Below, one piece after another: positions 35,162-45,108 of a stretch of 64,000 bases of DNA; the first letter of the stretch is position 1; each line of letters opens with the position of its first letter. The stretch lies in the IMG/VR virus record IMGVR_UViG_3300017991_004311, positions 34,937-98,936 of that record; one strand, 5' to 3'. The notes beneath the pieces are model-generated. The model did not search any database. It was not told the origin of the DNA and worked only from the letters and a program-made list of their open reading frames with translations. Position numbers and translations under genes: made by a program. This DNA is from a virus.

Positions 35162-36073
35162 ATGATCGAGTACACGGTCGTAATTCCGGTGAAGGATCGG
35201 AACAGGAACCTCGCATGTAGCCTCATGGCGCTCGCGAAGCAGACGTTCCCCACGGACAGGTGGGAGGTGCTGGTGGCTGACGGGAGCGAATCGGACTTCG
35301 CGCTCCCCACGGTGGCGCGCTATGCCGACGCGCTCAACATCCGCTACCTCTGGTGGATGGACGGGACGGGCAACCCGGGCGCGCGGAAGACGTGGGCGGC
35401 CCATAACGCGCAGGGGGAAGCGCTCGTCTTCGTCGATTCCGACGTGGTATTGAACGAGAGAGCGCTCGCCGCGCACGACCGCCTGCACCGGAAGTGGCCG
35501 AATGCGATCATCTGCGGGCGCTATGATTGGCTCATGCCGATGGACGTGCGCGAGGAGGACATCGCCGAGCGCTTCGATGCGGTGGTGAGCAATCGGCTCC
35601 CCCTCATCGCCCCCGCGACCGGGGGGCCGCTGCCCGGAGTCGATCCGCGCTTCCAGGACGAGAGGACGAGGGAATGGGACGAACCCTCGCGGACCTCGAA
35701 GGCGGGCAAGCCGTTCGCCCTGGGCGTGTTCGGGGGCAACCTCCTCATCCCGAAGGCGCTGTTCATGGAGGCGGGCGGGTTCGACCCGGAGATACGCGGC
35801 CACGGCGGAGAAGATTCTTGCCTCGGCTGGAAGCTTCAGAAGATGGGGGCCGAGGCCGTGTTCTCGGAGGAGGTCATCGGTTGGCACGTCTGGCACCCGC
35901 GCAGGCAGGTGGAGAACGAGGAGAGCGTGAAGCGGAACATTGAATATATCGAACGAAAATATCACGATTTACACGTCAAATACGGGGTCATCGCGGACCC
36001 CGACAGCAACATGGAGTACAACGACGACGGCCTCTTCGTGCCGCCCGACAAGCGGGAGGAACTGGGGATATGA
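35162..36073 (+). CDS. GT2 glycosyltransferase
   Basis: VVIPV.DR, ADGS, FVDSD, GGFDP...HGGED, H.WH. Confidence 0.9.
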   Translation: MIEYTVVIPVKDRNRNLACSLMALAKQTFPTDRWEVLVADGSESDFALPTVARYADALNIRYLWWMDGTGNPGARKTWAAHNAQGEALVFVDSDVVLNERALAAHDRLHRKWPNAIICGRYDWLMPMDVREEDIAERFDAVVSNRLPLIAPATGGPLPGVDPRFQDERTREWDEPSRTSKAGKPFALGVFGGNLLIPKALFMEAGGFDPEIRGHGGEDSCLGWKLQKMGAEAVFSEEVIGWHVWHPRRQVENEESVKRNIEYIERKYHDLHVKYGVIADPDSNMEYNDDGLFVPPDKREELGI

Positions 36074-36870
36074 GATACCTCGACGACCTCAGGGACGCCC
36101 ACAAGGGCCGGGAGATATGGGTCATCGGCTGCGGCCCGTCCATCGAGGCGTTCCCGGAGGACTTCTTCGGCGGGAAGGTGAGCATCGCTCTGAACTGGGC
36201 TCATATCGCGTTCCCGAATACCACCTACGTCCACTGGTACCACAGCGTGTGGGGAGGGCACAGGGAATACGCGAAGGAGCACCCGGAGATACTCGGGAAG
36301 ACGATCCTCCCGCTCCCCCACGAGTTGGTGAAGCGCCCGGAGGACTGGGGCGGGGGGTTCGAGGTCCCGATATGGATGCGGTGGACGGAGGCCGTATCGA
36401 ACCGGGACGAATTCGCCGAGGGCGTGCGCATGCTCGTCGAGGACGGCAGGACGGACCAGTGCCGGAGCCGGTACACGGTGGCGCACACTGCGATCCAGGC
36501 GGCCGTGCTCCTGGGCGCGCGCGACGTGACGCTCGCCGGGTGCGAGCACCATGTGGGCAGGGACAGCAACAACTCGCAGGTCCGGGGTATGGGCCGCTAC
36601 AACCAGGAACGGGTGGAGACGAGGACGCGGAAGGACGGCACCGAGGAGCGCGTCATCGTGCACCGTCCGACCGGGACGAAATTCGACGGTTCTAAAATAG
36701 AGTGGAAGGAGCATACATTTGAAGAAATGGATGAACATTGGAAGGGGGCTCGTATTGGTACGTGGTGGCTGGCGTCGCTCTTGGGGGAACGGGGTATCCG
36801 GGTACGACGTTATTTCTACCCGGAGGGCTACAGGGAAATAACACAGGAGGAAACGGATGAGAGCTATTAG
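36070..36870 (+). CDS. DUF115/Maf-like protein (putative nonulosonate transferase)
   Basis: HKGREIWVIGCGPS, IALN, TVAHTAIQAA..LGA..V.LAGCE. Confidence 0.7.
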   Translation: MRYLDDLRDAHKGREIWVIGCGPSIEAFPEDFFGGKVSIALNWAHIAFPNTTYVHWYHSVWGGHREYAKEHPEILGKTILPLPHELVKRPEDWGGGFEVPIWMRWTEAVSNRDEFAEGVRMLVEDGRTDQCRSRYTVAHTAIQAAVLLGARDVTLAGCEHHVGRDSNNSQVRGMGRYNQERVETRTRKDGTEERVIVHRPTGTKFDGSKIEWKEHTFEEMDEHWKGARIGTWWLASLLGERGIRVRRYFYPEGYREITQEETDESY

Positions 36871-38122
36871 CGTGGTGGCCGCCGTGCTGCTGTGCGCCGT
36901 GTTCGCACTGCCAGTCGCAGCGGTCGAGGTGGAGTACTGGCATCCGCAGCAGCCCCCGAACGGGGACGTGCTGGACCGGGACATGGCGGCGGAGCACATG
37001 AGGGCGTACCCGGAGGTGAAGATACGCCTGCAGGAGATTCCGACCGAGAACATGGCGGACAAGATGACCCTGGCGGTCGCGTCGGGGAGGCTCCCGGACG
37101 TGGTGAGGGACTACCTCGGCAGGGTCGGCGCCTGGGGCAACATGGGCCTGCTGGAGGACCTCGCGGGCACGATGCCGCAGGAGGATATCGACGACTTCTA
37201 CCCGGACATTCTCCAGAGTTTCGTGGTCAACGGGCAGCTGATCGGCTACCCCCATCGCATGTGGGTCCAGACCTACGACGCGAACAAGACGATACTGGAC
37301 AGGGCGGGGGTGGAGCTGCCCCGGGGCGAGTGGGACATGGCGCAATGGAACGCGATGGCGGAGAAGATCAGCGCCGTGCCCGGTGTCTACCCGACCGTGC
37401 TGTTCGCCGGGGGGCGCGGCGGCGACTACTGGATGCTCCAGGTCTTCGAGTGCTTCGGCGCGCATCTCTACGAAAGTGGGGACTATGCCCACACTTCTCT
37501 GAACTGCGGCGAGGGCATCGCCGCGCTGGAATGGATGCTGGAGGTGCTGGCGAACGGGTGGGCCCCGGCCGGGGCGGCCGGGATGAGCGGGAAGGAATGC
37601 ACGGGGTACTGGAACGAGGGGAGGATCGCGCTCGGGTGCGCCGGGACCAGGATTGCCCTGCCCGAGTACAACCGCGAGAACTTCGAGAGCGGGGTGGCGA
37701 AGGAGCTGCAGGACATCCGGGTGGTGACGCAGCCGCACGCGGCGGGGGCGCCGACGCCGGGGCTGTTCGCGGGCCCGAGCGGGTTCTGCGTGTTCAGGCA
37801 GGACAGCGACGGGGTGAGGAACGCGGCGGTCGCGTTCGTGCAGGACATGACCGGCGCGGAGCGCTCCGAGTACTGGGTGCGCACCTACGATTGTCTACCG
37901 GTGCGCAGGTCGGTCAACCCCTGGGTCGGGATCGACGCCTACGAGAGCACCGTGCGGCTGGTGGGGGAGTACGGCTTGGCGGACATGGGGATCGTCTCGG
38001 AGCACTACCTGGAGGCACGGGACCTCTTCTCGCTGCTGCGTCAGGAAGTGTTCGCGGGGTTGAAGGGGCCGCGGGAGGCGCTGGACGATTTCGAGGCGTC
38101 CATGGCGGCGTTGTGGGAGTGA
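36857..38122 (+). CDS. sugar ABC transporter substrate-binding protein
   Basis: Sec signal, YPEVKI, ASGRLPDV, G.LEDL...IDDFYP; 421 aa, CUT1-type. Confidence 0.9.
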   Translation: MRAISVVAAVLLCAVFALPVAAVEVEYWHPQQPPNGDVLDRDMAAEHMRAYPEVKIRLQEIPTENMADKMTLAVASGRLPDVVRDYLGRVGAWGNMGLLEDLAGTMPQEDIDDFYPDILQSFVVNGQLIGYPHRMWVQTYDANKTILDRAGVELPRGEWDMAQWNAMAEKISAVPGVYPTVLFAGGRGGDYWMLQVFECFGAHLYESGDYAHTSLNCGEGIAALEWMLEVLANGWAPAGAAGMSGKECTGYWNEGRIALGCAGTRIALPEYNRENFESGVAKELQDIRVVTQPHAAGAPTPGLFAGPSGFCVFRQDSDGVRNAAVAFVQDMTGAERSEYWVRTYDCLPVRRSVNPWVGIDAYESTVRLVGEYGLADMGIVSEHYLEARDLFSLLRQEVFAGLKGPREALDDFEASMAALWE

Positions 38123-38123
38123 C

Positions 38124-38987
38124 ATGACACGGCAGGAGTGGTCGGGGTACCTCTTCGTGGTCCCGGCCACCATCCTCTTCTCGGTGTTCGCGATCAAGCC
38201 GATGGCGGAGGCCATCGCGATGAGCCTCACCTGGGTGGACGTGCAGACGCGCGGCTTCGTGGGGTTGGCGAACTTCTCCGCGCTGTTCCGGGACAGGGTC
38301 TTCTGGCTGGAGCTGAGGAACACGCTCACCTATGTCGGCATCATCGTTCCGGTGAACTTCTGCCTGGCGCTCGGCGTCGCCCTGGTGCTCGACCGCCTGG
38401 GCCACAGGGCGCGTTCGGTGCTGAGGGGCTGCTTCTACCTCCCGGCGGTGTCCTCGGGCGTGGTGATGAGCATCGTGTGGCTCTGGATCTTCAACCAGAA
38501 CTGCGGACCGGTGAACTACGTGCTGGGCCTCGCCGGCCTCGGGCCGGTCATGTGGCTCAGTCATCCAGCATGGGCGAAGCTGGCGATATCGGCCGTGGTG
38601 GTCAACTGGATCGTAGGGTTGAACGTGATCCTGTTCCTCTCGGCGCTGGCGGGGGTGCCGAGGCAGATACACGAGAGCGCGCTCATCGACGGGGCGGGCG
38701 CGTGGAGAAGGTTCGTGGGTGTCACCCTCCCGCTCATCGCCCCGGTGAGCGCCTACGTGGTCGTGATGACGACGATCGGCATCTTCCAGATATGGGCGGC
38801 GATATTCCTGATGACCGCTGGGGGCCCGGCGTACACCACCGCGTCGATCACCTATCGCATCTATCAGGTGGGGTTCGCCTACGGGAAGCTGGGCGCGGCG
38901 AACGCTCGGGCCGTGGTGCTGTTCCTGATCGTGCTCTCGGTGGCGTTCCTGCAGTTCCGGTACCTGAATAGGAAGGTGGAATACTGA
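38124..38987 (+). CDS. carbohydrate ABC permease (MalF/UgpA-type)
   Basis: FVGLANF..LF.D..F, EAA loop HESALIDGAGAWRRF..VTLP, MTAGGP. Confidence 0.92.
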   Translation: MTRQEWSGYLFVVPATILFSVFAIKPMAEAIAMSLTWVDVQTRGFVGLANFSALFRDRVFWLELRNTLTYVGIIVPVNFCLALGVALVLDRLGHRARSVLRGCFYLPAVSSGVVMSIVWLWIFNQNCGPVNYVLGLAGLGPVMWLSHPAWAKLAISAVVVNWIVGLNVILFLSALAGVPRQIHESALIDGAGAWRRFVGVTLPLIAPVSAYVVVMTTIGIFQIWAAIFLMTAGGPAYTTASITYRIYQVGFAYGKLGAANARAVVLFLIVLSVAFLQFRYLNRKVEY

Positions 38988-39799
38988 TGAATGTGATCCC
39001 CCTGGTGCTGGTTGTCTTCCTGGCGGGCCTGTTCCTGTTCCCGCTCTACTGGATGGCGATAGGCTCCTTCGAGCCGATCCGCTGGTCGCCCAAGTACCCG
39101 CCCGACTTCTGGCCGGTCGACGTGACGCTGCGGAACTACCGCGCCATGACCGCGAACTACCCGTTCCTGCGCTGGACGGCGAACAGTGTAATAGTCGCGG
39201 GTTCGACCACGGCGATAAGCGTGGGCGCGGCGCTGGCGGCGGGCTATGCGTTCGCCAAGAAGCGGTTCCCGGGCAGGGATGTGCTCTTCTGGCTGCTGCT
39301 CTCGACGGTGATGATCCCGTTCTACGCGAGGCTCATCCCGCTGTTCCTGACCATGAGCAGGCTGGGGCTCTACGACACCTACCCCGGGGTGTTCCTCCCG
39401 CTCTGCTGCCAGGCGGGGAACATCTTCCTCGCGCGCCAGTACATGTCCACGCTCCCGAGCGAACTCATCGACAGCGCGAGGGCGGACGGGGCCTCGGAGC
39501 TGCAGGTGTTCGCGCGGGTGATCCTTCCGTTGAGCAAGCCGCTGGTCGCGGCCTTGGCGATATTCAACTTCGTGTGGGCCTGGCGGAGTTTCTTCTGGCC
39601 CCTGGTGGCGACGGGGAGCGACGAGATGCGGGTGCTGCCCACGGCGGTCGCGACGGTGTGCAGCTTTCCCGGGGGGCTGTCGGAGTACGGGCTAGCGATG
39701 GCAGGGGCGATGCTGGTGACGGCGCCGACATGCGTGGTGTTCGTGCTGTTCCAGCGGTATTTCGTGCGGGGGATCACGATGGGGGCGGTGAAGACATGA
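38987..39799 (+). CDS. carbohydrate ABC permease (MalG/UgpE-type)
   Basis: AGYAFAK..FPGR, LPSELIDSARADGASE, FQRYFVRGITMGAVK. Confidence 0.92.
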   Translation: MNVIPLVLVVFLAGLFLFPLYWMAIGSFEPIRWSPKYPPDFWPVDVTLRNYRAMTANYPFLRWTANSVIVAGSTTAISVGAALAAGYAFAKKRFPGRDVLFWLLLSTVMIPFYARLIPLFLTMSRLGLYDTYPGVFLPLCCQAGNIFLARQYMSTLPSELIDSARADGASELQVFARVILPLSKPLVAALAIFNFVWAWRSFFWPLVATGSDEMRVLPTAVATVCSFPGGLSEYGLAMAGAMLVTAPTCVVFVLFQRYFVRGITMGAVKT

Positions 39800-40599
39800 T
39801 GGATGTGGTGGAACGGAACGAGAGGAATGCCGCGTTGGGCGCAAAGATTAAACGCAGGATCAGGGCCAACAGGATAGTAGGGTTGATACGGTTCCGCGAC
39901 CATTTTTCCAGTTCGGGGGGCAAGAACAGTTGGTCGCTTTGCGGTTATCCGATGTATTATTGGCCGATCCGCGCCGCGTACAGGTCGAGCTACCTGGAGA
40001 AAATCCTGGTTTGGACTGAAGTGGAGAGCGCGAGGGAAGTATTGGCCCCGTTCTCGGACAGGGTGATCCTGATGGAGCGCACCGTGGAGCAGTGTCGGGA
40101 ACCGACATGGAGGACCGTGGACGACCTGAAGCGCCCAGACTCCCGGGTCGACGTGAGCACCAATGCGGAGCCGTACAACGTGCTCCACGGCAAGATCAGG
40201 GACGCACTCGACTTCGAGCCCACCATCATCGTGCGCTTCTCCGCCGACTATCCGCTCACGCGGGCCGAGACCTTCGACCGGGTAGTCGAGAGGTACTTCG
40301 GGGACGACGTGGCCGAGGAGTGCCGGGCGATGACGGTTGCCCCGCAATACCTGTGGCAACATCATCCGGAGCACCCCGAATGGTTGGTGAGGACGGGTTT
40401 CTCGAACCATGCCAACCGGCGCCAGGTGATGCCGTTTATTTACACCCCGGCCAGTCCCTACATCATCACCTACCCGTGGTGCGGGATGAAACGGGTTGCT
40501 TACGTGCTGGTCCCGTTCAGCGAGGCCGTTGACGTGCATACCAAGGATGATCTGGAACTGGCGGAGTTCTACATGCGGAAGCGGTTGGGGGGAGGATGA
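39796..40599 (+). CDS. acylneuraminate cytidylyltransferase-like (NeuA/PseF family, divergent)
   Basis: GKN...LCGYPM.YW.IRAA..S..LEKI.V.T, ILMER, C-terminal AVDVHTKDDLELAEF. Confidence 0.7.
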   Translation: MMDVVERNERNAALGAKIKRRIRANRIVGLIRFRDHFSSSGGKNSWSLCGYPMYYWPIRAAYRSSYLEKILVWTEVESAREVLAPFSDRVILMERTVEQCREPTWRTVDDLKRPDSRVDVSTNAEPYNVLHGKIRDALDFEPTIIVRFSADYPLTRAETFDRVVERYFGDDVAEECRAMTVAPQYLWQHHPEHPEWLVRTGFSNHANRRQVMPFIYTPASPYIITYPWCGMKRVAYVLVPFSEAVDVHTKDDLELAEFYMRKRLGGG

Positions 40600-41522
40600 G
40601 GTTTGTCGAGGAGTTGCGCGGCCGGCACGAGGGCGAGGAGATCTGGGTGCTTGGCAGCGGGAGGAGCCTGGATGATTTCCCGGCCGGGTTCTTCGACGAC
40701 AAGACCACGATCGCGGTCAACTGGAGCGCGTGGGGGCTGCCGAACGCGACCTACCGCCTCTGGTGGCATCAGGTGTTCAGCGAGATGCAGATGCTCCAGG
40801 ACCCGGAGGGGTTCCGGGGGTGCATCATCGGCTACCCGACGGAGCGCTGGGGACCGGAACAATGGGGGAAGTGCATCGACTACCCGACGCTGTTCAAGTG
40901 GGAGATCAACATCTACCGCAGGGAGCAGCTGGCCTACAATGTCAGGCGCATCATGCACGGACAGACATGCGGCTATGGCGGCTTCGGGACCACGGTGCAC
41001 GCTGCGCTTCAGATCGCGGCGGTCATGGGCGCGAAGGAGATCACGCTGGTCGGGTGCGAGCACCGGTGGGACGAGTCCTACTACCCCGAAGATTCCTACT
41101 GGGTGAAGACGCATCCCTACCTCCATTGGACGACGGAGAAGATTGAACGGTACCGCGAACTCACGAAGGAACCGGCCCTGTTTCTCACGAACATCGGACG
41201 GTTCACCGCGATGCTGCACGGGTTCTTGAAGCAGACCAGGGCCGACAAGGGCAGGCATCAGCGCGACGTGTTCGGTTTCGCCCAGCTCAACCTCCGGGGC
41301 ACGTGGTACTTCGCCGAGGAATTCGCTCGCTACGGAGTCAACGTGAGGCGCTACTACCACGGCGAGGGATACCGGAGGATCATCGAAGAGGACGGGGTCG
41401 AGCACTGGGACGTGGGGCAATTGGAGGAATGGAAACGGCGCTATCCGCTCCCGAAGCACCTGGAGGGGTTGACCCTGGAGCGGATACGAAACGGGGAGAC
41501 GGTTGCGGTCGAACAACTATGA
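40596..41522 (+). CDS. DUF115/Maf-like protein (second paralogue)
   Basis: HEGEEIWVLGSGRSL, IAVN, TTVHAALQIAA.MGAKEI.LVGCE. Confidence 0.7.
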   Translation: MRFVEELRGRHEGEEIWVLGSGRSLDDFPAGFFDDKTTIAVNWSAWGLPNATYRLWWHQVFSEMQMLQDPEGFRGCIIGYPTERWGPEQWGKCIDYPTLFKWEINIYRREQLAYNVRRIMHGQTCGYGGFGTTVHAALQIAAVMGAKEITLVGCEHRWDESYYPEDSYWVKTHPYLHWTTEKIERYRELTKEPALFLTNIGRFTAMLHGFLKQTRADKGRHQRDVFGFAQLNLRGTWYFAEEFARYGVNVRRYYHGEGYRRIIEEDGVEHWDVGQLEEWKRRYPLPKHLEGLTLERIRNGETVAVEQL

Positions 41523-41827
41523 CTAATGATATCGATAGCCGGTACCGGTTACTTCACGACGCGCTCATGGCCGCATTCGGCCAGGCATCCGAGGGCAAGG
41601 GCAGGGAACGGCACGCGAACGGCCTCCCGTTCGAGCGGCAGCCCATCCTGGAGATCACGCGGATGGTGGGCGCAGGGTTCCCCCTAGGGCAGGTCATGAA
41701 GAAGGCGCAGGAGGCCCAGGGGATGGCCAAACGCGGCGAGTTTTCCCACGCAAGGGGGGAATGCCTGGGGATCATAAACTACGCGGCGGCGGCGGTCATT
41801 TGGCTGTCTGAGCAGGAGACAAAGTGA
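41519..41827 (+). CDS. conserved phage hypothetical protein
   Basis: QAS.GKG.ERHA...PFE.QP, GQ.MKK..E, LG.INY.AAA. Confidence 0.7.
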   Translation: MTNDIDSRYRLLHDALMAAFGQASEGKGRERHANGLPFERQPILEITRMVGAGFPLGQVMKKAQEAQGMAKRGEFSHARGECLGIINYAAAAVIWLSEQETK

Positions 41828-42124
41828 ATGATATTGGACATATTCTTCGACATTTTGGTCATGAAATGTCTTTTCGCGGTTGTCAAACATACATTGCGCA
41901 CACTAACACTGCGGATGTTGTCGTGCGGATTGTGCGATAATTGGAGACCCTCCAATCTTCCGCGCATAAAATGGAACGCGGCGATTTCCGGATATTTGCT
42001 AGTAAACTAATTTGGGCTACAACTTGCGATGTTAGTTTGTAGCCTTAGTTTGGGGAACCAGTGATTTCCATTTTGGAAATAGCTTGCTAATTTTGCACAT
42101 AGAATCAAGCACAGGGGGTGACGG

Positions 42125-42961
42125 ATGAAGATAGGGATCATCGGCGTCGGCGTGGTGGGCGGAGCGACGAAGGCCGTCATGGAGCGCGCCCACGAGGTGC
42201 GGGGCTACGACCCGTACCGAAAGGAGTTCGAGGACACGGATAATCTCCGTTGGATCGCGCGTGAAGCGGACATAGTTTTCGTCTGCGTGTCCACGCCCGG
42301 GAAGGAGGACGGCGGGGTCGGCTGCCAACATATCGACGCCTCGTTGGCCGCGCTGCGGCACGAAATGGCGGAGGTGGGTCGCCTACCCTCCGAACTCGTG
42401 GTCGCGATACGCTCGACGGCGATGGGCCCGGAACTCGACAGAGTGCTCAACGCTTACGGGTTCCGCTACGTGTGCAACCCCGAATTCCTGCGCCAGGCGA
42501 GAGCGACCGAGGACATGGAGCACCCGGCGAGGGTCGTGGTCGGGACCGACGACCGGGACGCGGGGCGGACGGTGCTCTCGGCCTACGTGCAGGCGTACGG
42601 GAACGAGAACGCGCCGCAGTTCGTGTTCACCAGCCTGAAAGCGGCGCAGGTGACGAAGTACGCCGCGAACGCGATGTTGGCGGGCCAGATCGCCCTCGCG
42701 AATGAGATCGAGGAGATATGCCGCCGCCACGGGATACGCTACCGGGGCATCATGCACGCGCTGCGCATGGACCCGAGGATCGGGAAAAACATCGAGGTGC
42801 CCGGCCCGGACGGGAAGCGCGGCTACGGGGGCAGGTGCTTCCCGAAGGACCTGAGCGCGCTCATCATGTGCGCTGAGGATACCGGCTACGGAGCCCCGCT
42901 CCTGAAGGCGGTGCGCGACAGCAATACGCAGGCGCGGAGGAGGAAAGACGATGCGGAATAA
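42125..42961 (+). CDS. ugd: UDP-glucose/GDP-mannose 6-dehydrogenase (short form)
   Basis: GVGVVG, CV.TP, IRST, NPEFLR, KY..N, DPRIG, GYGGRCFPKD. Confidence 0.9.
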   Translation: MKIGIIGVGVVGGATKAVMERAHEVRGYDPYRKEFEDTDNLRWIAREADIVFVCVSTPGKEDGGVGCQHIDASLAALRHEMAEVGRLPSELVVAIRSTAMGPELDRVLNAYGFRYVCNPEFLRQARATEDMEHPARVVVGTDDRDAGRTVLSAYVQAYGNENAPQFVFTSLKAAQVTKYAANAMLAGQIALANEIEEICRRHGIRYRGIMHALRMDPRIGKNIEVPGPDGKRGYGGRCFPKDLSALIMCAEDTGYGAPLLKAVRDSNTQARRRKDDAE

Positions 42962-43295
42962 GGACATCATCGCCATGGCGATAGCGGTGGGGATAATCCT
43001 GCTCGTGCTGTTCTTCTACTTGGCGCCAGTGCGGGCGGGGGAAGCCGACCACGTGGCACTGGAGAGCGAGTGCCTTGAGCTGGCCGAGCGGATCGACGGG
43101 TGCGTGAAAATCCTGGTGCGCTACTGGGGGGCGAACGAGGGAACCCCGACCGGGGCGCGGAAGGCGGTCATCGAATCGCAACTGAGGGAACTGGAGCGGC
43201 TCTCGACGGAGCTGCGCCAGAAGCTGAGCGTCCTGGACCGGGGGCGGATGGAGCGGCTGCTGCTTCAGTTCAGCCGGCAGCGGCGCGGGTGGTGA
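42951..43295 (+). CDS. hypothetical protein with N-terminal TM/signal
   Basis: GGAGG RBS; hydrophobic N-terminus. Confidence 0.55.
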   Translation: MRNKDIIAMAIAVGIILLVLFFYLAPVRAGEADHVALESECLELAERIDGCVKILVRYWGANEGTPTGARKAVIESQLRELERLSTELRQKLSVLDRGRMERLLLQFSRQRRGW

Positions 43296-43336
43296 TGCGG
43301 ATGGGGGACTGGCTGGAACGGACGGGGGGTGACCTC

Positions 43337-44290
43337 ATGGACGTGGTGAGCGGCGGGGCCGGATTCATCGGGAGGCACCTGGTCAGGGCACTGTTGGACA
43401 AGGGCGACTGCGTGACCGTGGTCGACAACTTCTGCACCAGCAGCGATGCGGGATTCATAGATGAGTTCCACAAGGAGCTGTCGGGGCACAGGCTCAAGCT
43501 CATGGTGGAGGATGTGGCGAAGGTGCGGCCCGGCGCGTACTTCGAGGGTGCCGGTGTGGTCTACCACCTGGCCTCGCCCGCAAGCCCGGCGGATTACGTG
43601 CGCCTGCCGCTGGAGACTCTGGAGGTGGGGAGCGTGGGCACGGAACGCATGGCCCGGATCGCCTACGCGAACAATGCCCGTCTGGTGTTCGCCTCCACGA
43701 GCGAGGTCTACGGGGACCCCGAGGTGCACCCGCAGACGGAGGGCTATTGCGGGAGCGTGAACCCGGTCGGGCCCCGGGCGATGTACGATGAGGCCAAGCG
43801 TTTCGGGGAGGCGACGGTGTCGACGTGGGTGCGCCACCGGGGATTGAACGCGAGGATCGCCCGGTTGTTCAACACCTACGGTCCCGGGATGAGGACGGAC
43901 GACGGGCGCGCGGTCCCGAACTTCATCACTCAGGCGCTCACGGAGCGGCCGCTCACGGTGTACGGCACCGGCCGGCAGACCAGGAGCTTCTGCTACATCG
44001 ACGACACGGTCCGGGCGCTGCTCATGCTCGGATTCAGGGAGGGCCCGGATATGGGGCCGTTCAACGTGGGTAACCCGGAGGAGATCACGATCATGCGCCT
44101 GGCGAAGCTCATCAGGACGATGGCGTGCTCGGGGAGCGGAATCGAGGTGCGACCGGCCCCGGAGGAGGACCCCCGGAGGCGGTGCCCGGACATCACCACC
44201 ATCACCGAAGCGTTCGGCTGGCGGCCGACGATCCCCCTGCGGGATGGGTTGGCGAACACCATCGGATGGTTCAGGGAGAAGATGGGATGA
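43337..44290 (+). CDS. uxs: UDP-glucuronate decarboxylase (UDP-xylose synthase)
   Basis: GGAGFIG, HLASPASP, STSEVYGDP.VHPQ.E.Y.G.VNP.GPR..YDEAKR, DPRRRCPDIT. Confidence 0.9.
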   Translation: MDVVSGGAGFIGRHLVRALLDKGDCVTVVDNFCTSSDAGFIDEFHKELSGHRLKLMVEDVAKVRPGAYFEGAGVVYHLASPASPADYVRLPLETLEVGSVGTERMARIAYANNARLVFASTSEVYGDPEVHPQTEGYCGSVNPVGPRAMYDEAKRFGEATVSTWVRHRGLNARIARLFNTYGPGMRTDDGRAVPNFITQALTERPLTVYGTGRQTRSFCYIDDTVRALLMLGFREGPDMGPFNVGNPEEITIMRLAKLIRTMACSGSGIEVRPAPEEDPRRRCPDITTITEAFGWRPTIPLRDGLANTIGWFREKMG

Positions 44291-45108
44291 GGCTGGCGGT
44301 GATAATCCCGGTCTACAATCGGACCAAGGAGCTGGAGTGTTGCCTGCTCTGCCTGCACCGGCAGGATTACGGAGAATTTGAGATCACAATCTGTGATGAC
44401 GGGTCGAGCGAGGACACGCTGTCCCTGGTGCGCCGCTTCTCGGACGAGGGGCTCAACGTGCGCTACTGCTGGCAACCGGACAGGGGCTTCCGCGCGGGGC
44501 AGGCGAGAAACGCGGGCGTGAGGCTGGCGCAAGGGCGCGATCCGGTGTTCCTGGACTCGGACATCATTGTGCAGGAGAACTGGGTGGGCGAGCACATGAG
44601 GCTGGCGGCGCTGTTCCCGCAGGCGGTGATCTGCGGACGCTACGATTTCCTGCTCCCCTGCGACTACACGGTTGAGGATGTGGCGTACCGGTTCGACCGG
44701 GTGGTCAGCAACACGCTCCCGAGCGTCAAGTCGCCCCCGGCGAACCAGCTGGTCGGCCCCGACATCAGGCAGTCGCTCTTCGACCGGGACCGGAGGATAC
44801 GGGAGGAGCACGGGGACGGGAGCGAGAAGCGGCTCATCCGCGGGTCGGGAGGGGCGCTGTTCGGGGGGAACGCGCGCATCCCCGAAGATTGGTTCGGGAA
44901 GGTCGGGGGCTTCGACGAACATTTCATCCGCCATGGGGGGGAGGACTCGGATTTGGGGCAGACGCTCGACGAGGCCGGGGTCCCGTTCATATTCACCGAC
45001 GAGGTCATCGGCTGGCACCTGTGGCATTGGAAGAATCAAAGGGCGAACGAGGTCAGTCTCAGGGCGAACATCGAATATATCGACCGGAAACACGGGAAGA
45101 TACCATGA
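44287..45108 (+). CDS. GT2 glycosyltransferase (paralogue of 35162)
   Basis: IIPVYNR, DDGS, ARNAG, FLDSD, GGFDE...HGGED. Confidence 0.9.
   Translation: MRLAVIIPVYNRTKELECCLLCLHRQDYGEFEITICDDGSSEDTLSLVRRFSDEGLNVRYCWQPDRGFRAGQARNAGVRLAQGRDPVFLDSDIIVQENWVGEHMRLAALFPQAVICGRYDFLLPCDYTVEDVAYRFDRVVSNTLPSVKSPPANQLVGPDIRQSLFDRDRRIREEHGDGSEKRLIRGSGGALFGGNARIPEDWFGKVGGFDEHFIRHGGEDSDLGQTLDEAGVPFIFTDEVIGWHLWHWKNQRANEVSLRANIEYIDRKHGKIP

Noticed and set aside
42004-42051. Integron attC site
   Set aside because: Lacks RYYYAAC/GTTRRRY ends; no integrase or repeated attC sites
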